This document shows positions 1 through 9,792 of a DNA stretch of 64,000 nucleotides, one piece after another. How positions within the stretch are numbered: position 1 is the stretch's first letter; each line of letters opens with the position of its first letter. This DNA comes from a virus. The stretch is from positions 32,001 to 96,000 of IMG/VR virus record IMGVR_UViG_3300028198_000256; one strand, given 5' to 3'. The notes beneath the pieces are model-generated. The model did no database searches and was not told where the DNA came from. It saw only the letters and a list, made by a program, of their open reading frames with translations. The position numbers and the translations under genes were made by a program.

Positions 1-205
1 TACCATAATATCTTGTTATAGGGTCACCATCACGTTTACTCCCCAAAACCCAACCAGAATATACTATCTTATCATCAACTTTATACGCATTTTCATTAAT
101 TAAATCTAAATGTGGTTTAGTTTCTCGTATCCATTTATGGAATGAATACTCCCAATCTAAGAGTACACCATCCACATCAACCAATATCAACTTATCCTTT
201 ATCAT
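1..205 (-). CDS. HAD-superfamily phosphatase / 5'(3')-nucleotidase-like protein (3' end runs off the window)
   Basis: Manual translation from the ATG at 205 gives MIKDKLILVDVDGVLLDWEYSFHKW, with HAD motif I DxDGV. Not in the ORF track. Confidence 0.65.
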   Translation of the reverse strand, partial: MIKDKLILVDVDGVLLDWEYSFHKWIRETKPHLDLINENAYKVDDKIVYSGWVLGSKRDGDPITRYYG

Positions 206-390
206 AAAACATCCCACGGTTTAGTGTAAACAACAACAAACTCATCATCAACATGATCCTCATCATCCATTATATATCTAGTAGTATCTATTTTTGATAG
301 ATGTCTTAAATATCGTATCACCAATATCAAGAAAAGAACAAAAATGATAGAAACTAACAAAATTAACATAATTATTACCTAAAAAAACTA

Positions 391-458
391 AAAACCCCCA
401 AACCACAGTGATATTATCTCACAATTTCACCTAAATGTCAAGGTTTATTTTCATTTAT
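391..458 (-). promoter_or_regulatory. Early sigma70-type promoter, member of the repeated promoter/leader cassette
   Basis: TTGACA(441-436)-17 nt-GATAAT(418-413), AT-rich UP element, conserved downstream ACTGTGGTTTGGGG. Confidence 0.8.
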
Positions 459-459
459 T

Positions 460-669
460 TTATGTTCTACCACCCGGCATATCAGCATTATCAATATAAT
501 ACAATTCTAAAGCAATTGATTCCATTTTTTCTGATATATCATTTCTACCTATTAATACATCCTTATGTATAACATTATAAGTATCTTTATTAGTAAAATC
601 AACCGACAATATAACTTCACCAGTTTCTGATGAAGAACATTTTGACCAATTAATCTTCCAAGAGTACAT
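460..669 (-). CDS. Hypothetical protein
   Basis: 69-aa ORF on the coding strand. Confidence 0.5.
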   Translation of the reverse strand: MYSWKINWSKCSSSETGEVILSVDFTNKDTYNVIHKDVLIGRNDISEKMESIALELYYIDNADMPGGRT

Positions 670-767
670 TACTTTCTATATTTCCACATTCTATATAAAA
701 TTGCAACAAAACCACCAAATAACAAACCAGACATTGATACAAATATATCTGTCATAATTAATTCCTC

Positions 768-1745
768 CTATAAAAGATGTTTAATTTCATCACGTTCTAA
801 TATTAATTCAGATTCACTCAATTTAATCATAGATAATGAGTATTCGTCAATATCTAAATCATCAACTATAAACAATTCACCTCTAGCGTGTCTAACAGGA
901 AATGAAAATACTAAATCAGAGTCAATACCATACTGTCCTGACGACAATACTGCCATGGATTCCCATCGTTGAGATCCACCCTTACCTGTCCACATTTTCA
1001 TTTGTTGTATTGCTGCATTAGCAGCTGAAGCAGCAGACGACGCACCGAGCCATTCAATAACCGAATGACCTCTATCTTGTACTAATGGTATATAATCTTT
1101 AACATACCAATCATCATCAATCAAATCCATTGCGGGAAATCCTTTCACTTGTGCATGATTCAAATCAGGATATAATGTTGATGAATGATTACCCCATATT
1201 ATAACATCATTAATTGTGGTATGAGGCACCCCACAATGTTTAGATACAATAGATTTACAACGATTAACATCTAATTGCATCATTCCAGTAAAATTGGTTG
1301 AATTCAACCCAACCGCATTAGATAAAGCCACTAAGGTATTAGTATTAGATGGATTGCCAGCAATCAACACTTTAACATCTTTCGATGCAACTTTACCTAA
1401 AGTTCGTCCATGAGAAGCAAATATCTTCGCATTATCTTGTAATAGATCGGAACGTTCCATACCCTTTAATCTGGGTTTAGCCCCCATCATAAACACATAA
1501 TCAGCATCACCAAATGCAACTTCGGGTTCATCAGTAATAACCACATCACCCAATGATGTGAAATTACAATCATCCAATTCCATTTGTATACCATGCAACG
1601 ATTTCATTGCTGATGGTACCTCTAATAACCTCAAATTAACAACATCATGTGTACCAAACAAATCACCACTCGCAAGACGGAATACTAAAGCATATCCAAT
1701 CCTACCAGCAGCACCTGTAATTGCAATATTAATAGATTTACTCAT
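768..1745 (-). CDS. mdh: NAD-dependent malate dehydrogenase (MDH type 2)
   Basis: ITGAAGRIGYAL, MELDDC, GAKPRLKGMERSDLL, GNPSNTN, IWGNHSSTLYPD, GASSAASAANAAI. Confidence 0.95.
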   Translation of the reverse strand: MSKSINIAITGAAGRIGYALVFRLASGDLFGTHDVVNLRLLEVPSAMKSLHGIQMELDDCNFTSLGDVVITDEPEVAFGDADYVFMMGAKPRLKGMERSDLLQDNAKIFASHGRTLGKVASKDVKVLIAGNPSNTNTLVALSNAVGLNSTNFTGMMQLDVNRCKSIVSKHCGVPHTTINDVIIWGNHSSTLYPDLNHAQVKGFPAMDLIDDDWYVKDYIPLVQDRGHSVIEWLGASSAASAANAAIQQMKMWTGKGGSQRWESMAVLSSGQYGIDSDLVFSFPVRHARGELFIVDDLDIDEYSLSMIKLSESELILERDEIKHLL

Positions 1746-1759
1746 AATTTACCTCAATA

Positions 1760-2182
1760 TTAATAGATTCCAAAATACCCCAAATCTCTATCATGAATAT
1801 TTAAAAACTTAAATTTCAATCCACGTTCCCACTTAACCGTACCATCAAGTTCATATAATGACATATCAGCAAATCTAATATTACCCTTTAGTACATTAAT
1901 AATTGCAATAGTTCTATGTTCCCATGAACCGGGTTTAGATAACGGTGTCTCTAATCTCACTAGAACATCGCCGTTCTTCATACCCTTACCAAATTCTTTA
2001 TAATCAGCCCCATCCGCCTTAAATACTACTTGCCATTTGTTAGTCTGTTTTTGTTCTAATACGGCAATACCATCAGAAAATGCACCAAGTGATGGTCTAT
2101 TTGAATGACTTATAGTCTTTGCAACAGATTCAAATGGTATCTTACCTGACATCTCAGTAACAAATGTGTTAAAACTCTTCAT
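1760..2182 (-). CDS. Hypothetical phage protein with capsid-targeting-like N-terminus
   Basis: Starts MKSFNTFVTE, resembling the T4 internal-protein capsid-targeting sequence (CTS) MKTYQEFIAE. Confidence 0.6.
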   Translation of the reverse strand: MKSFNTFVTEMSGKIPFESVAKTISHSNRPSLGAFSDGIAVLEQKQTNKWQVVFKADGADYKEFGKGMKNGDVLVRLETPLSKPGSWEHRTIAIINVLKGNIRFADMSLYELDGTVKWERGLKFKFLNIHDRDLGYFGIY

Positions 2183-2337
2183 ACCCTAATCCTCTTTTTT
2201 CTTAGTAAATATAGTCTTACCATATTCGGCAGTCATATCTTTTATTTTAGTACCAGACATATCATATAACTTTTGTTTTATTTCATCATTAAATTCTGAT
2301 ACCTTTTTATTTTTTAAATTATCAATCAAAGTACTCA

Positions 2338-2541
2338 TCACTTCTCCTTTTTTGTAAAATATACTGCCAATCCAGTAACATATAATAACATACTTAAAGG
2401 CATTAATAGTATAAGAATTGGATATTGTTCTATATTAGTAAATCCAAATACAACAAACATTATACCAATAAAGACTATACTTAATACTATTTTAGTATCC
2501 CTACGTTTAAATATATTTATAACATCATCCATTCTCAGCAT
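2338..2541 (-). CDS. Small membrane protein
   Basis: Two hydrophobic segments. Confidence 0.55.
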   Translation of the reverse strand: MLRMDDVINIFKRRDTKIVLSIVFIGIMFVVFGFTNIEQYPILILLMPLSMLLYVTGLAVYFTKKEK

Positions 2542-2711
2542 CTTTCCGTTTTTTTATTTTTTCATCAACTGCATCAAAAAATGGTGTTATTTCTGTTGGG
2601 TTACGAAACTCCGAATGTGTCATTCCTTGAACTCTCGCCCATTCCTCATCTGACATTATACCAGATTCTTTATCATTTGTCAAGTCTTTTTCCATAATTT
2701 CTACTCCATAT

Positions 2712-3662
2712 TTAAGGTCTTGGCCGTAATACCTTCGGTTCAGTATCAGATCTATCTGATAATATTTTCTGTAATTCAGATTCAGGTATATTATCAACAA
2801 TCCATTGGTATAATTGTTGCATAATTTGATCCTCTGTCTTATTAGGTTTACCACGGTGTTTAATAGTTAAATAAGTGAAATCCTTAATAACTCCCAACTT
2901 CTCACCTTTCTTAGCCTTTACATATTTACCTGATGTTCTATTTGACACGGCAGATCTAGTTAGTTTTTGTCCACCTTTAGCAGTATCACCCTCTTTCCAC
3001 TTAATAGTATTATTTTTATTATTCAGAATAACTTTAATCTCACCATTAATTGCCATCTTTTTACCTTTGTTCTTGATGATATCAAACATAGTATTGGCTG
3101 CACCAGTATGAGTCAAGAACATGATGTCATCAGGAACTACCCTTTCTCTATTTTGATTATTATCAATTGCAACTTGATAGTCAGTAAGAACCCATATCAT
3201 ATGAATATTGGCTGGGTTGTAACCGGCATTTAGTAGATCTGGCATCATCTTTGAAATTGAAGAAATACTCTTTGCAGTAATATCAAACATTATATTAGGT
3301 AGTACACTCTTATTCTTCATACCCTTTAACAATAACTGCATAGTATGATCTTTAATTCCCATGTCAGAAACAAATTTGTGTAATTTCCCTACATCATCTG
3401 GTTTCTTTAAGTCCAAACCTTGTGTTTCTGGATATTTGTTTTTAAGTTTACCTATTTTTATAAAGGCTTTCTTCCATTCATCCACATCACGTATCTTAAA
3501 CAGTTCAGACTGCATAAAATTAGTAGAGGCGAAACCTTTACCAGAACCGGCACCACCAGCAAGAAATACTATTTGTCCATACTTCTTACCATTAGAGAGC
3601 ATTATTATCTTCTCTTCTAAATAGTCAAGTTCCTCTGATATAAATTCGTTAAATGTTTTCAT
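2712..3662 (-). CDS. P-loop kinase/NTPase (zeta-toxin/AAA_33-like) with capsid-targeting-like N-terminus
   Basis: Walker A GGAGSGKG, IMFDIT, lid NQNRERVVP; starts MKTFNEFISE. Confidence 0.7.
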   Translation of the reverse strand: MKTFNEFISEELDYLEEKIIMLSNGKKYGQIVFLAGGAGSGKGFASTNFMQSELFKIRDVDEWKKAFIKIGKLKNKYPETQGLDLKKPDDVGKLHKFVSDMGIKDHTMQLLLKGMKNKSVLPNIMFDITAKSISSISKMMPDLLNAGYNPANIHMIWVLTDYQVAIDNNQNRERVVPDDIMFLTHTGAANTMFDIIKNKGKKMAINGEIKVILNNKNNTIKWKEGDTAKGGQKLTRSAVSNRTSGKYVKAKKGEKLGVIKDFTYLTIKHRGKPNKTEDQIMQQLYQWIVDNIPESELQKILSDRSDTEPKVLRPRP

Positions 3663-3684
3663 TTTAAGTCCTGTAATCCCGTTG

Positions 3685-5211
3685 TTATGATATCTTTACA
3701 AAGAATGATGAAAAGTCTGTATTCGAAGATGCATATCTAAATATGTCTTGCCCAAAATTACCACCTAATTTAGAATCATTATTACCAATAGATTCGAGGC
3801 ATAATAGTCCCATATACTTAGAAAATATAAATGCCTTAGATGCATCTTTATTTTGATATGTGTAGTCCTTACATTTCTTTATAAACTCTGTTTCACTTTT
3901 AATAGTATCTATATACGTATCCATCTGATTTTCATTAAATCTTACATACAAATTATACATATTCTTCATATTCGGAGATTTTGTTTCTGCCCAATTATGT
4001 GTATTTCCGCCTGATTTAGATACCTTTGTATTCTTACCTATAGTACGTCCAAAATGCTTTTCTGTATAATAATTAACACCACCACCACCTATTTTACCAC
4101 CAGCAGCTGCACCACCCTTTATCTCACCCTGCCATGATGTTGTTCCATTAAATGAACGTAGTTGCATCTTCTGTCCACCAGAAAAATATAGATATATATC
4201 AGTAGATGAAAAGAAATCACCGTTTGTTCCAAAAGTAAATCCTAAATATGTCACAGTATCTCTTTTTGTTCTAATACCATTATATTCTTGAACTTTTGCA
4301 CCATCCTTACCAATCTTCTTGAGTGATACTCCCATGGTAATACCTCTACGAGCAGCTATATATACAGCAGATTGAAGTGCATACCAATCACAAGTATGTA
4401 CACCCAACTTCCCTTCCCATAGTTCACCCGTATCGGGGAATGGGTGTGGTGATGACATAGATAGTGTTGACATCCATATATCACCAGGATTCCATTTGTC
4501 ATTAGAGAATGTTGATGGTGCTTGAACTGAAATATTTTTTTCTTTAGCTAAGTCTTTATCATGATCCATGCATCGTTTTCTTCTAGCATACACAGCATCC
4601 ATGAACTTAGAACCTCGATGAAAGTATACGGGTTTACTAAACTTCTTACCCGCTGTAGATTTATAAAGGGCATTTGCTGTCTTTATGTAACTGTCATGCC
4701 ATTCTTCAGGAGATGCCTTATATAATGTCGCAAGCGGCAATCTAGTATCACAGTAATTGGCAGTTGTTTTTAAAAGTGTTTCTGTAACCCTTGTCCCTTT
4801 AAGTTTTGTAATTCCAGATGTATTATATAAATATGAGCAATAATAGCATTGTAGAGATTCAGTAATTTCTGTTATTTTTGCTCCACCACCGGATCCTCCG
4901 GTTGAATAAGCACCTTTGTATATAGACCTCCATGTATAGATAACATCTGAACCTTCAACTTGAAAATAATCGCCCCCTTTATCATTTTCAAGTTTGGATT
5001 TGAGAATTTTCTCATCATATGAACCTAATTTAGCAAATATCTTTTTATCAAATTTAACTTCTTTCGGCCATTCAATACCTTTTTGGGGTGCAATTTTATC
5101 ACTTTTACCTTTACCATCTTTCCCAATCTTAATAGCAGTTCCTGATTCAATATCTTCTCGAACCTTTGCAAAATATCCTTTTAATATATCATCATTCTTA
5201 AATACTGCCAT
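3685..5211 (-). CDS. Putative PD-(D/E)XK-fold endonuclease-like phage protein
   Basis: TEITESLQC, KWNPGDIW and GVSLKK motifs typical of restriction-enzyme-fold proteins in T4-like phages. Confidence 0.5.
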   Translation of the reverse strand: MAVFKNDDILKGYFAKVREDIESGTAIKIGKDGKGKSDKIAPQKGIEWPKEVKFDKKIFAKLGSYDEKILKSKLENDKGGDYFQVEGSDVIYTWRSIYKGAYSTGGSGGGAKITEITESLQCYYCSYLYNTSGITKLKGTRVTETLLKTTANYCDTRLPLATLYKASPEEWHDSYIKTANALYKSTAGKKFSKPVYFHRGSKFMDAVYARRKRCMDHDKDLAKEKNISVQAPSTFSNDKWNPGDIWMSTLSMSSPHPFPDTGELWEGKLGVHTCDWYALQSAVYIAARRGITMGVSLKKIGKDGAKVQEYNGIRTKRDTVTYLGFTFGTNGDFFSSTDIYLYFSGGQKMQLRSFNGTTSWQGEIKGGAAAGGKIGGGGVNYYTEKHFGRTIGKNTKVSKSGGNTHNWAETKSPNMKNMYNLYVRFNENQMDTYIDTIKSETEFIKKCKDYTYQNKDASKAFIFSKYMGLLCLESIGNNDSKLGGNFGQDIFRYASSNTDFSSFFVKIS

Positions 5212-5453
5212 TATTTTAACTCGTAATCATACCCAAAGTCACCAGAGTCATTCTCTACAACATATATTCTAACTGCACCATATAAATCAAATATACCAGG
5301 TTTTAAACCATTTCTTGTCTGACTGGCATCAGGGTCATAATATACAACATCACGCTTAGTTAAACTCCATTCCTTCTTTATACAAGCCGTTATGATAGAC
5401 GCCAATACTCTATCATCTCCACGTGCCTCATTAAATCTCTTAAATGTTTTCAT
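5211..5453 (-). CDS. Hypothetical protein, CTS-like N-terminus
   Basis: Starts MKTFKRFNE. Confidence 0.55.
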   Translation of the reverse strand: MKTFKRFNEARGDDRVLASIITACIKKEWSLTKRDVVYYDPDASQTRNGLKPGIFDLYGAVRIYVVENDSGDFGYDYELK

Positions 5454-5462
5454 ATCATACCC

Positions 5463-5684
5463 CTAATATGCCGGTGCAATGGAAAGTAGTCCTTTCTTAG
5501 AGTTAGGTACTTTAAGTTCTTTCATTGCAAACTTCTTAGCACCATACAAAGAATCAGCATCTTTGTCTAACTTGATTTCAAGTTTTTTGCCTTTATAAAT
5601 CGCAATCCAACCTTTAAGTTCATCACCCTCTCTAACTACTTCTACGTGTTTAATATCTTTTAATAATTCTTCATATGTTTTCAT
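5463..5684 (-). CDS. Hypothetical protein, CTS-like N-terminus
   Basis: Starts MKTYEELLKD; GWIAIYKGKKLEI domain. Confidence 0.55.
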   Translation of the reverse strand: MKTYEELLKDIKHVEVVREGDELKGWIAIYKGKKLEIKLDKDADSLYGAKKFAMKELKVPNSKKGLLSIAPAY

Positions 5685-6499
5685 TTCTTTCGTCCTTTAA
5701 TTATATCTTTAGCATCCCATTGAAGAAACTTAATCTCTGCATCAACAATCTGTTGAAGTACCACAGTTGGCAATGAAGTAAGTTTATTTTTCATTCTCTT
5801 ATATGCCGGTGTAGTTGGGTCAATCTTATCTACTTTAGCATACTCTTTCTTTAGAGTGGCAAGTTGTGATTTAGATAATTTCTTAGCATCCTCTTGTGAC
5901 TTTACCTGTTTATCAAAATAATCCTTTAATGTCTCATCTAGTAGTTCAACAGATTCCTTTACAGTACCTATGACTTCTACTTTTAGTTTGATTTTAGATG
6001 ATATCTCTTTAGCAACCTTTGCCATATCACCCTTATGCTTTGTATTAGCATCACGTATAATCTTTCTTACTGAAGCATCAGAACCCTCTGGTTTCATATT
6101 GAAACCTATATTACCAAGGTTATTAGGAACACCACTAGAAGTAACCAACCGAACCTCGTTGCCATTTATTTTAAGTCTAAGTCCATCTATTAAATAAGAA
6201 TCCCATGATCCTGAATCCGTTTTCACATGAAATTTCTTGGTGCCTTTCTTACTGTATTGACCCTCAACTAACGGCATACCAGCATGTTGTTTTTTTCTGG
6301 TCTTAACTATTTTCAAAGTAGACTTATCTTTAATATTCATTGGTGGTCTTTCAGCACTACGAATTGAATCTTTAGCATCTGATTCATCTGATGCCATAGC
6401 AACCACTTTATTATCATCAGCAGTATCTACTACAACCCATGGAAATTTTACTTCATTTAATGGTTCAATATCTTCTAATAATTTTTTATATGTCTTCAT
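5681..6499 (-). CDS. Putative internal head protein (multi-domain)
   Basis: Starts MKTYKKLLED; internal LNE/LVE/VKE/LDE sites resemble prohead-protease cleavage sites. Confidence 0.5.
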   Translation of the reverse strand: MKTYKKLLEDIEPLNEVKFPWVVVDTADDNKVVAMASDESDAKDSIRSAERPPMNIKDKSTLKIVKTRKKQHAGMPLVEGQYSKKGTKKFHVKTDSGSWDSYLIDGLRLKINGNEVRLVTSSGVPNNLGNIGFNMKPEGSDASVRKIIRDANTKHKGDMAKVAKEISSKIKLKVEVIGTVKESVELLDETLKDYFDKQVKSQEDAKKLSKSQLATLKKEYAKVDKIDPTTPAYKRMKNKLTSLPTVVLQQIVDAEIKFLQWDAKDIIKGRKK

Positions 6500-6509
6500 A
6501 CCATATCCC

Positions 6510-6770
6510 CTAATGACTATAAGATATTTTAGTCATCAACACACTAGAACCATTTGCTACTGCGGATAACTCATCCCCTGGTTTTTTCTCAATATACATC
6601 TCCCCACCATCTGGAATAGTAAATGAACCAACCGTTACTGTATCACGTTTTATAAGAACTTTAACTGTTGATGTATGAGTAGACAACAATCGTACAACTC
6701 TTGCAAAATCAACATGAGTTGCCGATGATAAAGTTATCTCTTCTCCTAATACATTTATTAAATTTGCCAT
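6510..6770 (-). CDS. Small hypothetical phage protein (possibly virion-associated)
   Basis: 86 aa, beta-rich, lies in a late-type cluster. Confidence 0.5.
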   Translation of the reverse strand: MANLINVLGEEITLSSATHVDFARVVRLLSTHTSTVKVLIKRDTVTVGSFTIPDGGEMYIEKKPGDELSAVANGSSVLMTKISYSH

Positions 6771-6782
6771 AGTTTTTCCCCT

Positions 6783-7046
6783 TTATTTTATTTTTCGTTT
6801 AGAACCCTTTAATCTACTTTTCTCAGACCGTCCACGGTTTTTCTTTTCAGATTCAAACCCAGCAATCTTACCTTTTTTATGAGATGCATCCTTACCATCA
6901 CCATTACCATATGTGCCTTTATCTCTATTATACTTTACTAATTCGGCTCTATACTTTCTACGTTTCGCAGATGATTGAAATTTCTTATATTCATCTTTGT
7001 AATCACGTTTGGCTAATTCTAATATGTAATCTATAAATGACTTCAA
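6783..7046 (-). CDS. Basic HNH-like small protein, CTS-like N-terminus
   Basis: MKSFIDYILE; RDYKDEY...GDGKDASH...KNRGR resembles a minimal HNH family. Confidence 0.5.
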   Translation of the reverse strand: MKSFIDYILELAKRDYKDEYKKFQSSAKRRKYRAELVKYNRDKGTYGNGDGKDASHKKGKIAGFESEKKNRGRSEKSRLKGSKRKIK

Positions 7047-7049
7047 CTT

Positions 7050-8012
7050 CTAATCCTCATATGTGTCCTTTCTACTATTTATAGTAGTAATCATTTCTAA
7101 TATATTTTTTGCCATTTTCTCAGAAGCAACATCTATCATTTTACCATCAAGTGATGCGGCACCATGCCCTTCTTTAGATGCTCTATATAATGCATCAAGT
7201 ATTCTGTCAGCCATGTGTATTTCTTCATCTGATGGTGTGAATACTTCATTTGCAAGTGGAATTTGTGACGGATGAATCGCCCACTTACCAGTACATCCAA
7301 GAGCAGCAGCACGCTTAGCAGCAAGTACATATCCCTCTGTATCCTTAATATCCCCATAAGGACCGTCTATTGGACGTAATCCATATGCCCTACACGCAAC
7401 TACCATCCTACTTAATGCAGAATGCCATTGATCTCCTGGATAATTCTCATTCAATCCACCAATATTAGTAGTTCTTGCTCTTGTAGACGCCGCATAATCA
7501 GCAACTCCAAAATGCATGGATTCTAACCTAGAATTAGCACTCTTTCTTGCAATTTCATCAACATTAGACATACCTAGAGCAGTTTCTATTAGACACTCTA
7601 ACTGGATATGTTGATACAAATCATGTTTTATCTCTAGTGTATTAATAATACATTCAACCATATATATATCATCATATACACCTACTTTTGGTATTAATAT
7701 AGTATCTAAGTTCTCACCACAATGTTCTACTAATTGTATAACATCATCTAACCAATAACCAGTTTCAAGTCCATTAATACGAACACATATAGTTTTGTTC
7801 GCACCTTTCCAATCAAGAGTATTAACAGCCTCAATCACATTTAAACGTGCATTTATTTTATCTGGTTCTGCAACTGAATCTTCTAAATCTAAAAATACAA
7901 AATCGGCATCAGAATTTAATGCCTTCTCAAACATTTTCGGACTAGATCCAGGTACTGTTAAATCACAACGTTGTAATCTAGATACTGATGGTTCATAAAC
8001 TGTATAACTCAT
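7050..8012 (-). CDS. mcl: Malyl-CoA lyase (CitE/HpcH CoA-ester lyase family)
   Basis: VPGSSPKMFEKA, FLDLEDSV, VRINGL, LIETALG, HFGVADYAAS, ARTTNIGG, PGDQWH, GKWAIHPSQI. Confidence 0.88.
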   Translation of the reverse strand: MSYTVYEPSVSRLQRCDLTVPGSSPKMFEKALNSDADFVFLDLEDSVAEPDKINARLNVIEAVNTLDWKGANKTICVRINGLETGYWLDDVIQLVEHCGENLDTILIPKVGVYDDIYMVECIINTLEIKHDLYQHIQLECLIETALGMSNVDEIARKSANSRLESMHFGVADYAASTRARTTNIGGLNENYPGDQWHSALSRMVVACRAYGLRPIDGPYGDIKDTEGYVLAAKRAAALGCTGKWAIHPSQIPLANEVFTPSDEEIHMADRILDALYRASKEGHGAASLDGKMIDVASEKMAKNILEMITTINSRKDTYED

Positions 8013-8032
8013 AAACTTCTCCCATTCAATTA

Positions 8033-8434
8033 TTAAACATCCAATTTAGGATTACTTGTCTTAAAATTAGTCTTTCTCATTACTGTCTTTGAAATCATAT
8101 CGAACTCTTGATTCTTTTCATCCCACTTCAATACAAATGGTATATTAACATGTGAATTAATATCATGTAATACTCGTTGGGCATCATCTCCCAGTTTAGA
8201 TATCTTCTTACCATGTTTCTTATAAGTTAACTTGAATATCCGTACAAGTTCAGCCGATGAAATAGGTTTCTTATTACGAGCATCATTTACTCTATCTAGG
8301 AAATGCCTTGTAAATTCAACATCAATACCAACTTTAGCAAATAACTTATCTGCCATTCGTTCCACCGCATCTAAGTCGGATTTACTTAAATCCTCTAGAA
8401 ATAGTTCTTTAGTAAATTCATTATATGATTTCAT
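8033..8434 (-). CDS. Conserved T4-like phage protein, CTS-like N-terminus
   Basis: MKSYNEFTKE; FTRHFLDRVNDARN...KTVMRK. Confidence 0.6.
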   Translation of the reverse strand: MKSYNEFTKELFLEDLSKSDLDAVERMADKLFAKVGIDVEFTRHFLDRVNDARNKKPISSAELVRIFKLTYKKHGKKISKLGDDAQRVLHDINSHVNIPFVLKWDEKNQEFDMISKTVMRKTNFKTSNPKLDV

Positions 8435-8446
8435 TTAATTATTCCC

Positions 8447-9298
8447 TTAAGGTGTTATTCCGGCAATAAAATCATCCGTCTTGGTGACGATTTTACCTCT
8501 AAACCCTATAGATTTAGATGTCTCTTTAACTTCATCTAAAGTGGGTCCTTTTTCAGTTTGATAATGATATATATTTACTATCTTATATTGATGTATAAGA
8601 ACTTCATTATATGTATCCTTAGCAGCCTTATTAACGAAAAGTAGTTTTTCCAGATGAGATACAATACTCATTACCACATTAGCACCTAGTAATTTTTTTG
8701 ACTCTCTCATATAAAACCCAACATATTTGCCCTTTTCTTTGCCACTCATACGTTCAATCATCTTATAGATAATTTGCCAATCATCCCAATGACCCCTATC
8801 TACTTTCAATTTATCATCTGGAAAATCGATTATAATTTGTTCGAACTCATTTTTATACATTTTTTTAACTATTTTTAATATTTTATCAGAAAAAATGTTA
8901 TCTATCTGTTTATTTACAGAAGCATCCGATGACATCTTTCTTGAAAGCCACAGATGACCACCTCTATCTTTCTGTGTATAAGCATCTTTATTAAATATTA
9001 TAGAAGTCTTACCCTCTAGATTTACTAGGACACCACCTACTGTTCCTACCCCTTTTGTTGATATTTCAGATGAACCTTTAGTAAATGCAGATACATTTTT
9101 ACCTTTATTTTCATACTTTTTTAATTTAACCAATCCTTTTAAATCTGTTACATGATAAGCAGTTATATCTCGTTCTAGTTCCTTTAAGATATAAGAATGT
9201 AGTGGGATAAATCCTAAAGAAGCATGCTGCCATTCTTTTGAGGATTCTGGGAACAAATAATTACGCTTTTCATATATGAAATCTTTAAAAGTTTTCAT
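8447..9298 (-). CDS. Hypothetical protein, CTS-like N-terminus (possible ADP-ribosyltransferase-like fold)
   Basis: MKTFKDFIYE; AYHVT...VSAFT...YNEVL pattern. Confidence 0.45.
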   Translation of the reverse strand: MKTFKDFIYEKRNYLFPESSKEWQHASLGFIPLHSYILKELERDITAYHVTDLKGLVKLKKYENKGKNVSAFTKGSSEISTKGVGTVGGVLVNLEGKTSIIFNKDAYTQKDRGGHLWLSRKMSSDASVNKQIDNIFSDKILKIVKKMYKNEFEQIIIDFPDDKLKVDRGHWDDWQIIYKMIERMSGKEKGKYVGFYMRESKKLLGANVVMSIVSHLEKLLFVNKAAKDTYNEVLIHQYKIVNIYHYQTEKGPTLDEVKETSKSIGFRGKIVTKTDDFIAGITP

Positions 9299-9792
9299 TT
9301 AATAATACCGATTGTCTGTATACCATTTTCATCAGTATGAATGTATTTGTATCCTAATGACTTGAGCCATGCTATAAGTTTCTCTGACCCCACTTTATAA
9401 AAGAATTTATCCAATGTTAATCGTTTATTAGAAAAATGATATAATACTTCTTGTTTTAGTTTATCCGTCTTATCTGACTCTGGTTTAGGTGGGTTGTCAT
9501 TAGACGAATGACCATAGTTCTTACCTATACCATCAATGATATCTTTAACTTCACCAGTTCGATTTATCCTAATAACTGCAAAGGTATATTTCTCATTAGA
9601 CTTTGCATTAAATTCAACCTCTGACACTTCACCTTGATTTGCACCAAATTGATCCGCATATCCTTTAGCGTGTTCTTTAGACTGTGATATCCACATAATA
9701 GCAGACCTTGATTGTGATACAGTTTCGCCTTTCTTGTGACCTCTATACCATGTATTCCTTCCTTCATTTATAAACCGATTAAAACTTTTCAT
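9295..9792 (-). CDS. ADP-ribosyltransferase-like protein, CTS-like N-terminus
   Basis: MKSFNRFINE followed by WYRG...MWISQSKEHAKGYA, matching ART core motifs 1 and 2. Confidence 0.5.
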   Translation of the reverse strand: MKSFNRFINEGRNTWYRGHKKGETVSQSRSAIMWISQSKEHAKGYADQFGANQGEVSEVEFNAKSNEKYTFAVIRINRTGEVKDIIDGIGKNYGHSSNDNPPKPESDKTDKLKQEVLYHFSNKRLTLDKFFYKVGSEKLIAWLKSLGYKYIHTDENGIQTIGIIK

